Positions 1 to 12,900 of a stretch of 64,000 bases of DNA are shown piece after piece; within the stretch, counting starts at the first letter, position 1; each line of letters starts with the position of its first letter. The DNA is from Phoronis australis (taxonomy: Eukaryota; Animalia; Phoronida), in contig NMRA01000530.1 in the NCBI GenBank assembly GCA_002633005.1, forward strand, positions 131,829 to 195,828, read 5' to 3'. Made by a program: the position numbers and the translations under genes. The notes under the pieces were generated by a model. It was not told where the DNA came from, ran no database searches, and was given only the letters and a program-made list of their open reading frames with translations.

Positions 1-742
1 TTAAAAATGTTTGGAATTTTTCAACCTACCTCAACTTCACATGGTCCTATATGTTGTGTTTCTTGCTAATTTGGTCAAGGTAATTAGCCAACAAGTTCCA
101 CTTTAAAGGAGGCAGCGTAAATTCGTTTGGGATTTACGGCTGCATTTAAAATCTTCACGCGTCCTATCTCCCTCTCTTTCAGCAAACAGTGATCCTCTGC
201 ATGTAGTTACCAAATTGTTTATGGCTTTATTTATGGCTATGATTTTGCGACATGTGGATTTTTTTGTTGGTGTCAGTTTGATACCGTTGTTGAACAAAGT
301 TTATTTAGTCAAAGAGTTTGAAAAAGCATGAAACTGAGTGATCAAATTTTACAGTAAAACTTTCACGGCTGTCATTGTGGCATAAAAATTCTTAATACTT
401 GGGCAATACTCCGTTGTCCAGTTGTTATCATAACCCTTAATGCACAGTACATGTGTACATTGGGAACTGTGTAAAAGTTAAAAGACTATTGTGGCGACAT
501 CTGAAGATTCGGATATGGGATTACTGACCTTGTGATGTGTCATTTTCAGGCGGAATTGTCCTTCATGACACTGGGAATTTTTGTTTGTTTGTTTGTTTTC
601 TTTTGGCTTGTACTGTATTCTCTGTTTTATACACCAATTTTTTGTCGAATTTCGACATTGTTAACTATTGTACTTTAAAGTTTTGGTCTTGCTCTTGAAA
701 AATTATTCTGCTTCTGATTACCATATCAGTACATAGCAGCAT

Positions 743-955
743 TTGCCTTTGGTAATGGTCTGATATAACGTGCCCGAATTTTGAGAACCAATTTTCTTCA
801 CTGATTAACGGGCACCAAAATGGTTCTCAAAATAGGACACGTTATAACAGTCTATTGCCTTGTCGGTAATGGTCTGATATAACATGCCTGATTTTTTAGA
901 ACCAGTTTTCTCCACTGAATAACAGGCATCAAACTGGTTCTCAAAATAAGGGCAT
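743..955 (+). repeat. Two-copy ~112-bp tandem repeat
   Basis: TTGCCTT..GGTAATGGTCTGATATAAC...GAACCA..TTTTCT.CACTGA.TAAC...TGGTTCTCAAAATA occurs twice. Confidence 0.75.
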
Positions 956-1073
956 GACAGATTCCTCATACAATATGGTGTATATGGTGTGTCCATCATT
1001 AGAACAAAATAATTTCATCTCTTTAATTAAGTTGTGAACAGGCATTATACAGCTGATTTCATTTTGATTCCAG

Positions 1074-4000
1074 ATGTCGTCAACAAAGCACCTCCGGGAA
1101 GCATCACATTTCTGCCATCAGGTGACTCATCGGTGCCCCACGTAAAAACCGAGCCGGGCCAACTCATGGCGCCCTCGTCATCCAAGTCGCCCCGACCAAC
1201 TGCGGGCAGTAAGCGCAGTGCAGAGCAATTGGCCAGAGTCCAACAAAACTTGCTCATTCAACAGCAAAGACAATTCAACATGGCTAAGAAACGGAAAATT
1301 GAGGGGCCGAGACCTCCTGTTGTGCGGGGCAGGCCGCCCAGGGTTCCTGCTCCGAGACAGGTCCACCCTGGACTTGAGGGCATGCCCCAGGCCCATGGCA
1401 TGCCTGGCCCACGGATGCGCATGCCAGCTCCAGTTAGAATGTCCATCGGTGCCTCTTCAGTGCCCATGAGTATGGCTGGTGTGAGCATGCCACCAAGTCA
1501 GCCGACAACGGAGGTAAGACCAAGGATGACTCCACCGTCTCCACAGTCAGCCACGACCGTTCCGAAGCAACCTACCATGTTTCCGATGTCACAGTCAAGT
1601 GTCACAACTCCAGAGCCAAACAATGCCATTGCAGTGTCTGATTCTGATGCCCTGCCTGCCTCGACACCTGTCTCAGCCCCATCTTCTCTCGGTACTGCTG
1701 TCAATCCGCCTACTGAAGATATACCACTGTCAAAAGCAATAGAGTCCTTGTGCAGTGATGACAGTAAAGAAGACCAGCTTCAAAGTGATAGCGAACCAGC
1801 CACACTGAAAACCGATTCTGCAAAAGAACTGTTCCCTGACAAAGACTCAAATGGACAGGAAAAAAATATGGAGAAGAAAAAGAAAGAGAGCCTCAAGTCT
1901 CACTTGAGTCCTGTTGTTAGTCTTGAGAGACTCATCTTGCCGTTGAGCTCTGGCACAAGTACCAAAACTTCGGAGAGTGTCGCAGATATGCTTTCCAAAA
2001 ACTCTAACAGCCTGAGCTCTAGTCAAGAAGACAAAGACCTAGCTTTCCTTGACGACATCTTGGCCCAAGGCGACTCTGGTTCAGCTAGTGACCAGGCCAA
2101 ATTCAATGAGGTTGCTCGGTCCATAGAGGACCAGTTGTCATCAATCTCTGCTGAAATTCTCAATGCCACACCAGAGAAGTGTCCTCCAAGCAAAGAAGTC
2201 AACCCAACATCAGCCCCTCCGCCACCTATTCCAATGTCTCGTCCTGTGCTTAGCCCCAGTCCCGGCAAGAACCTCAAGACACAACTCACTAATTACCTGA
2301 CGGGTAAGATGCAACCGAGTCCCCAGATGGGGCACCCGCAGTCACCGCAGGACACTCGGGTTGGCATGATCCACCAGGGCCCTCTCTCTCCAGCCAGCAT
2401 ACAGTACTCGGCCCTGTCTCCTCGAGGCTTGCCTCCATCACCTCAAGCAGGACCGCGCTCTCCCTCACCACTGCTCATCCAACAGTTGGCCAGGTCTACA
2501 CCATCACCATTTGGCACCCATCCGCAGCAGCTTCCTAGCATGGCCACTCTTGCTGGCCAACTCAAGACAAGAACACCAGGTGCATCTCCGACTCCCAGCA
2601 GCAAAGGTCTTGATCCAGCAGTCAATGCCTTCTTTCCGCCGTCTAGCTTAGGCATGCCTGCTGGCTTTGGCATGTCGAGCTCTCAGAGCCTGACACCAAC
2701 AAAGGCAGATGCGAAATGGCCAACTGGTGCTCCATTGCCCTCGTCACTGAGTCAAGGTTTCCCTTTCCGAAGTCCAACAACGTCTCGACCTCCAGCGTGG
2801 GAGGTGACTGGTCAGATCACTCCAACTAAATCTCATCCAGGGGGCATGTCGTTACCACCCGGGGCTGTTAGGGGCCCACCATTTCCAATGCATGGTGCAC
2901 CAGGACCACGACTGCCTCAGCCACCCAGCCCTGGCTTGATGCCCCATCACATCTCGCCCTTGCCTTTCCCAAGGCCTGCCACATCACCCTCTCAAAGGAA
3001 ACCAGACAGTCCAGGAAATCTTGGTAACGTAAGTAGAAGTTATCATCTTGCGCAATTTGAGACAATTTACACCTTAGAATTATTTTGTTGGATCCCAATA
3101 ACATTTCCGCACTTTTTTGCGTGATGTTAAAGTAATAGCTTTGATCATTTTACTATCAGACAATGGTTAGCCCTGACAAATGCAGTTTGGCCACGCTCGC
3201 CATAGTTGTCGTTTCGAAGCTCCAGGTTGAGTGCCTTGTTTAGTACAGCAACAGATTGTAAGTGTATTTCACTGAAACTTGGCAGTAATCGACAATTTCA
3301 AAAACTGGCACTTGTCTAATTCATTAAAGATGTTGGTAAAGAATAAAACATGACATTTTAGAAAGGTGAATTTATCTCAATTTGAGCTTGCTTTTGGTCT
3401 GATACACATTCTCAGGCATACATTGTGTTGATCATGAGGTTTACTCCTTGCTTTTACATTCGCAAAGCACTTTTCCTGTAAGTTGTTGATCTGCACCATA
3501 CATCATCTCAATCTCGTCAAAAAGTCATCTTTCTGCTCATATAGGCAACGAGCGTTCTTAGGACAAGATGGAGGACAATCATAATGCTTTATCAATTTAC
3601 CATGCTCTGTCAGACTGGAATCAACAGCTCGACTGAACTATCCATAGCTGTTACCAGTTATTCTGATTTTTGAAATCATATTGCGCCAAGTATTTTGCTC
3701 TGTGATCAACAGTCATTTTTGTTTTTGTACAGACGCAACGCAGTTCTTGTCCGACCAATAATGATATTCTTTTTTATCTCTGCCCCAATGTTCATCAGTA
3801 ATTTTGGTATATTATGTTTCTATGGAGACCTCAGCTGTGGTTGATTTTGGGAAGAGTCCGACTACTGTGGCAGTATGCTGGCTTATGGGTACATCCAACC
3901 ACTGGAGCTTTCCTTCTTTTACATCTCCATTATTGCCAATTCTTTTCGAAGAGCTTCATGAAATTCAGTACATATCCATCTTCTTGCTGCCTCTGCATGT

Positions 4001-4815
4001 TATCCGCTCCCTAGAAGCAATTTTAGCCTTATCTTATTTTGTTGTCTTTTTTGGTTCGAAGAATAGTTGCTTCTGTTGTCACAAAGCTCCATTTGTGGTG
4101 AAAGATCTTCTTGAAATTTAGGTTTTATACTGCATTTTTTCGAGCAATTCCGACTGTGGTCTGCAGTGGCAATTTTGTTAGTTTCTAAGATTTTCTTGTG
4201 GTGTCTGTTACTATCTGTCAGAACTCCTTGAAAAAACATTGTGGCATATGAGATTCTATTAAGGCATATGTGATTAGCATTAATTTATATTACACAGCTG
4301 CTGAAGTGCCCCAATCTCAATGTCTACCAGTTTTGCATCTGGTGACCAGAAAAGTAGCCCATGAGACTTGAATTTTAAGTTTTATAGGTAATGCTCACTC
4401 TAGTACATTGAAATATATCTTTGGTATTTACGCTGCACACAGTCTGTGCATATTTTCATTCTTTCCTGCTCTTGTTTTTTTATTAGTGCTGCGTGACCAG
4501 ACTGTCAAAATGAGTGTTTTGTTTCAGATAGTTTTAACCAACAGTCGAGCCTTTCCGGTATCAACAGGTGCTCCGTCCAAACCACCAGGTGTCTCTCCGT
4601 CCCCTGCTGCTTCATCATCTGCTAAGAAGGCGGTAGCGCCCTCCAAGAAAGAAGATGTTTCTGAGAATCTGCAGATCAACTACTACAACTCACGCACTTT
4701 TGTTTGCAAGATCTGCGGTGCGGAGTTCGGTCGGAAGTGGACGTTTGACCGTCACTTGAAATCTGTGCATAGTGCACTTACGTCACCAGGTGGCATGGAC
4801 GGCTCCGTGTTTTAG
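1074..4815 (+). CDS. 5'-partial gene: large Pro/Ser-rich low-complexity nuclear protein with a single C-terminal C2H2 zinc finger (exons ~1074-3028 and 4528-4815)
   Basis: Exon of ~1.95 kb after acceptor ttccag (1068-1073) with donor GTAAGT at 3029. In-frame last exon after ttttgtttcag encodes FVCKICGAEFGRKWTFDRHLKSVH (C-x2-C-x12-H-x4-H), stop TAG 4813-4815. Motifs include KKRK (NLS-like), RGRP (AT-hook core), VKTE (SUMO consensus) and PVVSL (PxVxL). Upstream exons were not identified and probably lie outside the window. Confidence 0.85.
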
Positions 4816-7800
4816 TGTATCTTTTTATGACGAACTGATTTTTAGTAGCGAAACCATAGATAGAAAGTTAAGATGTGAGAGCACGAATGAATCTGATTTG
4901 GTCAGTAGCCAATTTTCACCAGTTTCATTCTGACAGTAATGATTTTAAAGGCTCACAAACCCCTTTGCCGAACGTGGTAATGATTTAACACTGCAGGCCG
5001 AGCAGGTTAGTGTTGACATTTTTGACAATTAACTGTTATAAGAGCAATTAGTTTTCTGCAGTTTGTTGCATGGAATTCACATTGTGCCATTGTCATCTTG
5101 AATTGAGCTCCGAACAATGAAGGCGGCTATCCATGAGCAGAACCTCTGCGGCAAATGTAGTGCAAAGTTCATTTCAGTAATTGGTAGTGATTTTATGTTT
5201 GTTTGGAGCTCGATTCTGTGGTTCTGAGATGCGTGGTGCTTGTTCTGAGGTGTGTGGGGTTCGTTTCCTGAAAAGTTCCTGATTTGTAAGAGTAAGCAAC
5301 TTGGTTGTTGTAGAATTGATTTAGGGCCAGAATGTGTTGGTTATTCCTGGGACATTAATATGTAGGTATAAGTCTGATTTGTAGAATTGCCAGGCGATCA
5401 TTTTAAACTCTTAAACCACGTGTACCATGTGAGATTTAGTAAGTTGTTGCTACTTTGGTTACAAATTAAAGTTCATAAAAAAATTTGTGATCTTAACTGT
5501 ATCGTTTGTATATTATATGGTAGTCCTGAACAATGAGGTTGTCTGGAAAATAAGTGCAAATTACACGGAATTCTAGGTAATTAGATGTGGTGAATATTCT
5601 GAAAGTCATTTCCTAACTACTTACAGATCAAACATAGAAGTCATAAAACAGGTTGATTTATTGGGACAAAATAATCACAGAATTTTGCTTGTCATTGTAC
5701 CACTTGCATTCTGCGGTCACAGTAAAGCAAATTGAGTGATTGCTTGCAATTCATGTGGAAGTTGCCGGTAGCGGAAGGGTTGTTGATCAGTTCTTTTAAA
5801 ACAGATGGCAGTTTGACACCCCTTGTGCTTCTGAGTCCCCAGAACGGTGTGTTTCCGAATTTGAACCAGTTTGCATGATGATGGGGTTAAATGGCCTGGC
5901 TTATCATTTGGTGGTAAGGCTGTACGACAGTATACAATTGGCTTCGTAATTGGTATTCAGTCTATGTCGAGGGTATTGCCGTGTCTTGTGGTACAACAGC
6001 AGACTACTAGGCTCAGTTAGGTCAGGAGGAAAGTACAATTATATGCAAATAACCCAGTGACACCATAGATATAAACAACAAATTCTCAACTTCAACATTT
6101 TCTTGCATAGTATCCTAGAGGAGGCGCCACTCTCCTAAATTAACAATTTCTGTTTGCAGTTAGTGTGTTGTGACGGGAAATTCTCGCATCTATGTTACTG
6201 TCCAGTACAACGAAAAAATTTTGGCGTTGAAACACTGTTCAAAGTCTTCCGGTAGTAGAACTGTTGGTATGGTGAGTACTTTTGGCAACCCGACCTCACA
6301 ACAGTTGACCACGATTAGCAGTTGACGTACTTACTGGTAGTAAAACTTGCTTATTTTGCCAGGTGTTGCTATTGAATAGCGATGTCACGGCTTATGCGCA
6401 TGATCACAGATTTTGTCCATATACGGAGCTGGCGATCCATGTACTATAGTCTTTGGTGACACTAATTCACGCTGCTGAATAATGGAAGTGTTCGCAAAAA
6501 TACTGCTCAAATACGGTGTCTTTTGCAGAGTATCGATATCCGACCGTATGGAAAATGCTGAACTTTGTCCAGACCTACACTTTCATTGAGTTGTTAGTTT
6601 AGATGGGTTTGTATTCTTGGTGATTTCAAAGTACATTTCTGCCTTGTGCATAGAATTTCTGTATGTCTAATTTTAGTTGTTTCTGTTGTTACCATTAGTA
6701 CAATGTGAATAGTGACTGACAAGGAGTCCAGATTTGTCATTGGCTAGTGTCAGTTCAATCAAATGGATCTTGTGACCTTCTCACCCTTTGTATACCCTCG
6801 TTTACTTCTTAGATCTGGGAAAGAAGAATGATTGCCATGTGACCATTGTTACCGGGATTTTCTGTAGAAAAGCCGATGTTCGTGTATTAAAAAAATGAAA
6901 AATTACAGCCATTTTAGTAACATCAAATAAATGCCCGGGTGTTTATTCGGAAAAGGGGGTGTGTAAACGGAAAGTCATTGGTTTCCTGACTTGGACATTT
7001 TTAAAAATGAGTTTAAATTTTGTTAACAAATGCATAGTTAGCAGCACGTTTAGTGGGCTTTTAAGAGAAATTGAGGAAATTTTATGAATAAACACCCTGC
7101 TATCTAGGCACTTGACACCAGAAGTTGCAACACCAAATAAATGCCCAATGGGGGTTTTAGCAGGTGGGCTTATCTGCAGATTACCTCGGTAAGACTTAGA
7201 CAGAATGTGGGAAATTCTGGTACAGAAATAAAGTATGGCAAGAGGTGCCAATTTGTTACTGTTAGAAAAATGTCTCTGGAGAATCATTGCGGCCATTGCA
7301 AGTTATTCAGAGATAGCACTCTTTATACTGAAGCCAGCAGAGAGACATAACCTTGATATCTTTGAACAAAATTCTCTCACTTACTACGACTTCGAGTTTG
7401 AACAGTGCAATAGGTGCTCTCATAGTTGGACTAATGGTGCCCATCATGTGTTGAGAAGTCTGCTGTCCCTCACTTTTAAAATCACTTCGTGCTGTACACC
7501 AGGTTGACAAGACTGTTGTCAGTGTTTTACAGAAAGTGTCTTTATAACACACTTGTTTAGATTTGAAAAGAACATTGTTTATTTGAGTAAGTACTGAATA
7601 AGGTGTCCAGAATAAGGACATAGTTTTATGTTGTATTTTATTCACTGATTCATTACAGGCAAACAATGACATTTCATTGGTACATAGGTTTGAGGTTTTC
7701 TCTAGGTGCTTGCCAGTAGTGAATCTAGTGCAGCAGTAGTCAATTAGCATTTTAGGAAAGTTTCAGTAGTCTGGTTGTACAGCAACTGAGAGCTTGAAGA

Positions 7801-9504
7801 TTTTTCAAGTTGTATTGTAAATTTGTAGACTGTTTATTCTCCGTTGTTTATCTTCTCATGTTATATTCATATCATTCGTAGTGCAAGAATTAATTTTAGT
7901 CATTGAGACTTTTATGTTATATTTTTGTAAATACATTGTAAAGTACGATAACAACTTGATTTTGTTTATTTATTTATTAAAACTTCTTTAAAAGACTGGG
8001 TGACCACTTTAGTGAATACACTGATTTTCAAGTGAGCCCAGTTGAAAATAATTACATGAAGAAAAATATAGAGTGCTATGTACAATTAGATTGAAATGAT
8101 TAACAGATAAAATAAATAAGTTATAAAAATACATACAATTAGATGAATAAATAAAATAGAGAAAAAATGACTAGCTGAGACATACAGTCCTGAACTGCAC
8201 ACAAAATCCCAGAATTTCTGAGTGAAGATGTGTACATTGGGCATGCTTGTGACCATATGCGACCTTGGGTGTCTTTGGAACTGTTACCCATGGAAATGGA
8301 ATCCTCAACTCCACAAAACTGAAGGTTACGGAGGACCTTGTCGACAACTCTGTATTAAACAAAACTATTTTAGCCCAACAAAAGATGTTTACAGGAAATG
8401 GAAAGCCTGTTGTAGAACTTTGACTTCTATGTGTGCACATATTTATATGCATTATGCTACCGTCCCTGTTTGTCCAGCGTCTGCTGCTCTATCTTCAAAG
8501 GGCTTTGTATGTGTCACATGAAATTTTACACAAATGGTCCTTTCATGGATTTGACAGCATGAGCGAATTTTATTCCTTCCCAGAATCCCCCAGTGCTACC
8601 ATGAGATACGGACATGTGTGGATGAGTCATCATTACACGGACATTCTTTGTCGGGAGAGGACGTGCTTCTTCTCCCGCGAGTCTGCGCCAATTCTTGCGC
8701 TTTTATTCACTATTTTGCACAACTCTTTGCTAGTGAATGTTTGCTTTCTTTCTTGGAAATACGTGGATTATGTTATTACTGACTTTGTTGCTACACATAT
8801 GGTCCATTCATGGATTAGACAGCATGAGCGAATTTTCTAATGGATTTGACTATGGGTGTGCTCCCTAGGGGCAATTTTATTTTTTTACGTTGCTCTTGTT
8901 AATTTACCAGAAGTCTGCCATTAGTTCGGTCACATGACTATGTTTTGTTAGTAAAAAACAACACTCATAGCTAGACAACGGTAGAAGCAACATGACAGAA
9001 TTTCAGTTCATATCAATGTTCTAGGGGAAATCTCAAAAGTGCTGTTAGTTTTTTAAATTATCATTTAGTTTTCACTTATTAAGTAACTTGATTTTTCCAA
9101 CAAAATCATATAACTCCCAATTTCGATAGGCCCTCGTGCCAAGGTGGAATATTTTAAAAACAATTCCTTGTAGCTTGTAGGAGCAGGTTTAAAAGATACC
9201 AGAAAGTCTTGCATGGATCCAATAAGTCAAATCTAAGACGTGATGTACTTAATGTAGCCACATGCGGACATTTTTCTAGGGTCCTACATATAAATTTAAT
9301 TATGCACAACTGGAAGTTTACTGTTACCACACAAATGTTCAATGTACCTGAAGTTTTCTATGAGTGGTGGCTATCATCTACAATGTGATTTCTTTGATTT
9401 TTATGATTTTGCCTTCATTTACCGCAGCTGTTGTTTACCACACAGAGCCACAATGTCTTAATACCCACTCCTTACTTCAAGAGTCATTAAAATGATTGTA
9501 CATA

Positions 9505-9640
9505 CATGGGCGGCGCACCATAGGGGGCTGGGGGGCTATAACTCCCACTTTTTTAAGCGGTTCTGCATACATCTGGTCTATCGGCGGTGCACAAAAGGGA
9601 GGCTATAGCCCTCCACTTTTTCAGTGCTGCGCCACCAATG
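9505..9640. mobile_element. GC-rich MITE family CATGGGCGGCGCA...TGCGCCACCCATG (other copies 54342-54430, 63095-63243)
   Basis: Shared TIRs and the internal GGGGCTATAGCCCCC motif. Confidence 0.7.
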
Positions 9641-9988
9641 ACATAGTCTCATTGGGACAACGATGATTTGTAAAAACCATTTCTTAAAGCAACATTCCAA
9701 CTTTAAACAATAATACTCAAGGCTGAAGAACAAATGGAAGGGAGAAACCTTGGTAAGAGATCGATCACTTTCAAACGAGAGACAATGATGAACAACTGAC
9801 AAGCTTCACAGCATAAACTTAAAACACGTGGGCCAAACAACAGTGTGTCTGGGGTTTGGTACTCTCAGCTCCTGATATGAGGAATCATCACTGTCATTTT
9901 AAGAAACACCACAGTAATAACTAAAGAGTGCTGAACTGATGTGACCTTTCTTAATTCCTGAACACGATAGCTTAAAATGAATCCTGGG

Positions 9989-12900
9989 TTAACTCCATGT
10001 CTTTCCAGCAACAACCTTTGGTGATAATAACTGATCCCATACCTGTAAAAAAAATCAGAAATTTAAACATCAGGGCAATGATTAGTCATCAATACGTTAA
10101 TGGTACAAAGATCCTTTGAGTTCTGACATATTATAATACGAAATATCAATAAATAAAAAGAAAAACAGCATTTAGAACCCCAACTTTTTAAAGGCGCCTA
10201 CTAATTTGTTAATACATTTAGTACAAGTACCGCTGTCATCAACAGAACTGATCATCAGAAAATCTGATATAAGGTCCTCTTTCGTGGAGCATAGTTATTA
10301 TTACATTAGAGAATGGTGCACGGCAATAAAACACAACTAAAATAAAATGATATATCAGTCATACATTAAAACTGGTGATTTTCCAAATTATTTGGCTTCA
10401 GAAAAAGATCCCCAAAATAGATGGATTAGGTTTTGGTTATCTGTTATTCATTGATGTTTAGTTTATTACGAAGTTGAACCATGGTCTGCAAGCCATGTTG
10501 CTGGACAAAAGAACAAAGGAATACTTAACAATGGACTACATTCAGGTATCTAGATTTAGTCTTATTTTGCAGCAACCATGGTTGTCTGAAGTTGAAACCA
10601 AACAGGAGTTTCATTTGGCAAATCTTATACATAACAGGATTTGCACGCGAGTGGACATGGAAGCGTGGACTGTTTAACTCAGAGTATCTGGCAAATTCCT
10701 CGGCATATCAAAGGCTTGATGGTGCCATGACAGATTGAAGCGAGCAAGTCGCTGTGCATGGGCTTGACCGGATGTATACTGAGTGAGATAATTGCGGTGG
10801 TAAACCAACGCACCTGTTTAGTGTGACAGGAAAAACAAATTGTAGGCCTAGCACCTTAAGACTGAAAAACATAATTATGTGGATATATTTTAATTAGTAA
10901 ATACAACTTACCCTAGTGGCCGCTCTGTGTACTATGGAATGTCGTCTGCCAAGTTCATTGAGATCTTTTGAGTATCCTCCACCAATGACTGCTGCACACG
11001 CGCAGCCTTTATTTAACACTGTTCGCATGACATAGTAATCCCGCTGGAACAGACCTGAAAGAATCCAGAAGTAAAATTGTCATGACAGCAGGCCAAAAAA
11101 GTATAGTTGATTCTATTGTTTTTGAAAATCGTCTCAGTGGTGGACAGTGGTATTTCTTTAGTTAATATGTACACAATTTTTCAAAAAAAGAAAATCCAAC
11201 TGAGATAAAAGTTTAGTAAGTGAACAAAGATAATAATGTGCATCAAAAATGATTTGAGGTCTAATCATGCACATCATGTGACTATGGATGAGAGCTGTAA
11301 ACATGCAGACAAGATCATACTTGTCAAATGAATACATCAGAGTAGGTTTTGATCATTTTAGTATGACTGTAGTTTGAAATGGGGGCCTTCTATGCCTGCC
11401 ATAACTCAAAATGTGAACCGTGACCCTTTGATGTTCTTACAGCTGCGCAGGTGTTGAATCAGAACAAGTTATATTACATGCAAAAGACAATTTCATGGCT
11501 AAAGTACTGGATTTACATCTGGTTCCAAGTACACTATTGATTCCAGCACCTCATTACCATGGTTAATGACATCCCCAGCATCTGAAAGCCATAAACCACC
11601 ACTGGGTTACAAGGTAACTTGTTTCTATCCATTGCAAATGAATCTTTTCTTTTCCCCACAATTTTATGACAGGCAAGTCAGCAGCACACAAATTTGCAGA
11701 GCAATGATATTGCCTTGGTGGACCCTTTATAGAAATGTGGCATCCTTGAAGTTTCAGTCACCACTGATGGTGATGAGTCATGGTTTCCAAAAACCATTGA
11801 CAGAATCTCTTCCCCAAGGAGTGTAGGCACTGATCTCACTGTGAACCATGAACAATGAAGTCACATGTCCTACCTTCACTATAAATCATTTCAGACTATA
11901 ACAGACTTCAAGCCATCAAATATGTGCAATTCAAGCAGTGTCTAACTTCTCTTGCACGAGTATAGGTGGCGGCAATACACAACCGATGCTATAAATGCAG
12001 CTTATCAGAGTTCTAATCTGATTGGTAAGTCTCGCCAATTTTGGACAACCATTAACAAAACAGTCTGACTGTCACTAATTCTCCAAACCAAAGGCTTCTA
12101 AAATTGTTGTAAAAGCCCCCAACTTTTCAAATTGTCTAGTACTGTAGTACCTAAAATAAAAACCTTATGAAACACACAACTTCACTGCTACCCGCATCTT
12201 TCATACAAAATATATAAAAATGAAATTTCACTGGACGTCTGCATATAGTGAAATTTATCACCTTAACACTTAATCTAAACCACAGAGAGAGGAAAAAGTA
12301 GCTTTTTGAACTCTACCTTTTATTTAGTATTTATTTATTTTATTTATTATTGTGATACTTAAAATGAGGGTGGCCTCTTTAGTGATAGCACTGCTTTCCA
12401 AGAGGGCCCTCAACCAATTATATTTTGAGATTGTCTTAACATGTGAAAACCATTATGTTCACCTCGATTTACCTTGATCGGTGAGATTAAGTTTTCCAAG
12501 ATCATCATCAACATGGGGGTCAATGCCAGCATCATATAGAACAAGTTGTGGACGGAATGTGTCCAGCAGGTGGGGCAAAACCTCAGCAAGTTTCTGCATG
12601 TACTCCATGTCCTAGGAGGAATAACACAAAGTCAACTCGGATGATTTCCCAGCTAATTAACACTCGCACAATATGGCAGAAAATGAGAAATATTATTTTG
12701 TGAGTCAGACATTTTGAATGAAACTAAACATTGCAAAATCCAGTCAGATTTCCAACTGAGATGAGTAGCCTATACGAAGTAAAACTCGGGTGGGTTAGTC
12801 TTGATGTCAGTACTTCAATCATGAAGCCCCCGACGAGGAATCCAGTGCAGCACACAGGATCATGAGCATTGTTCAAACAATCAGAGACTAGTAAAAAATA

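Noticed and set aside
1045-3104. Several minus-strand ORFs over the large zinc-finger exon
   Set aside because: These are shadow ORFs of a GC-richer coding exon.
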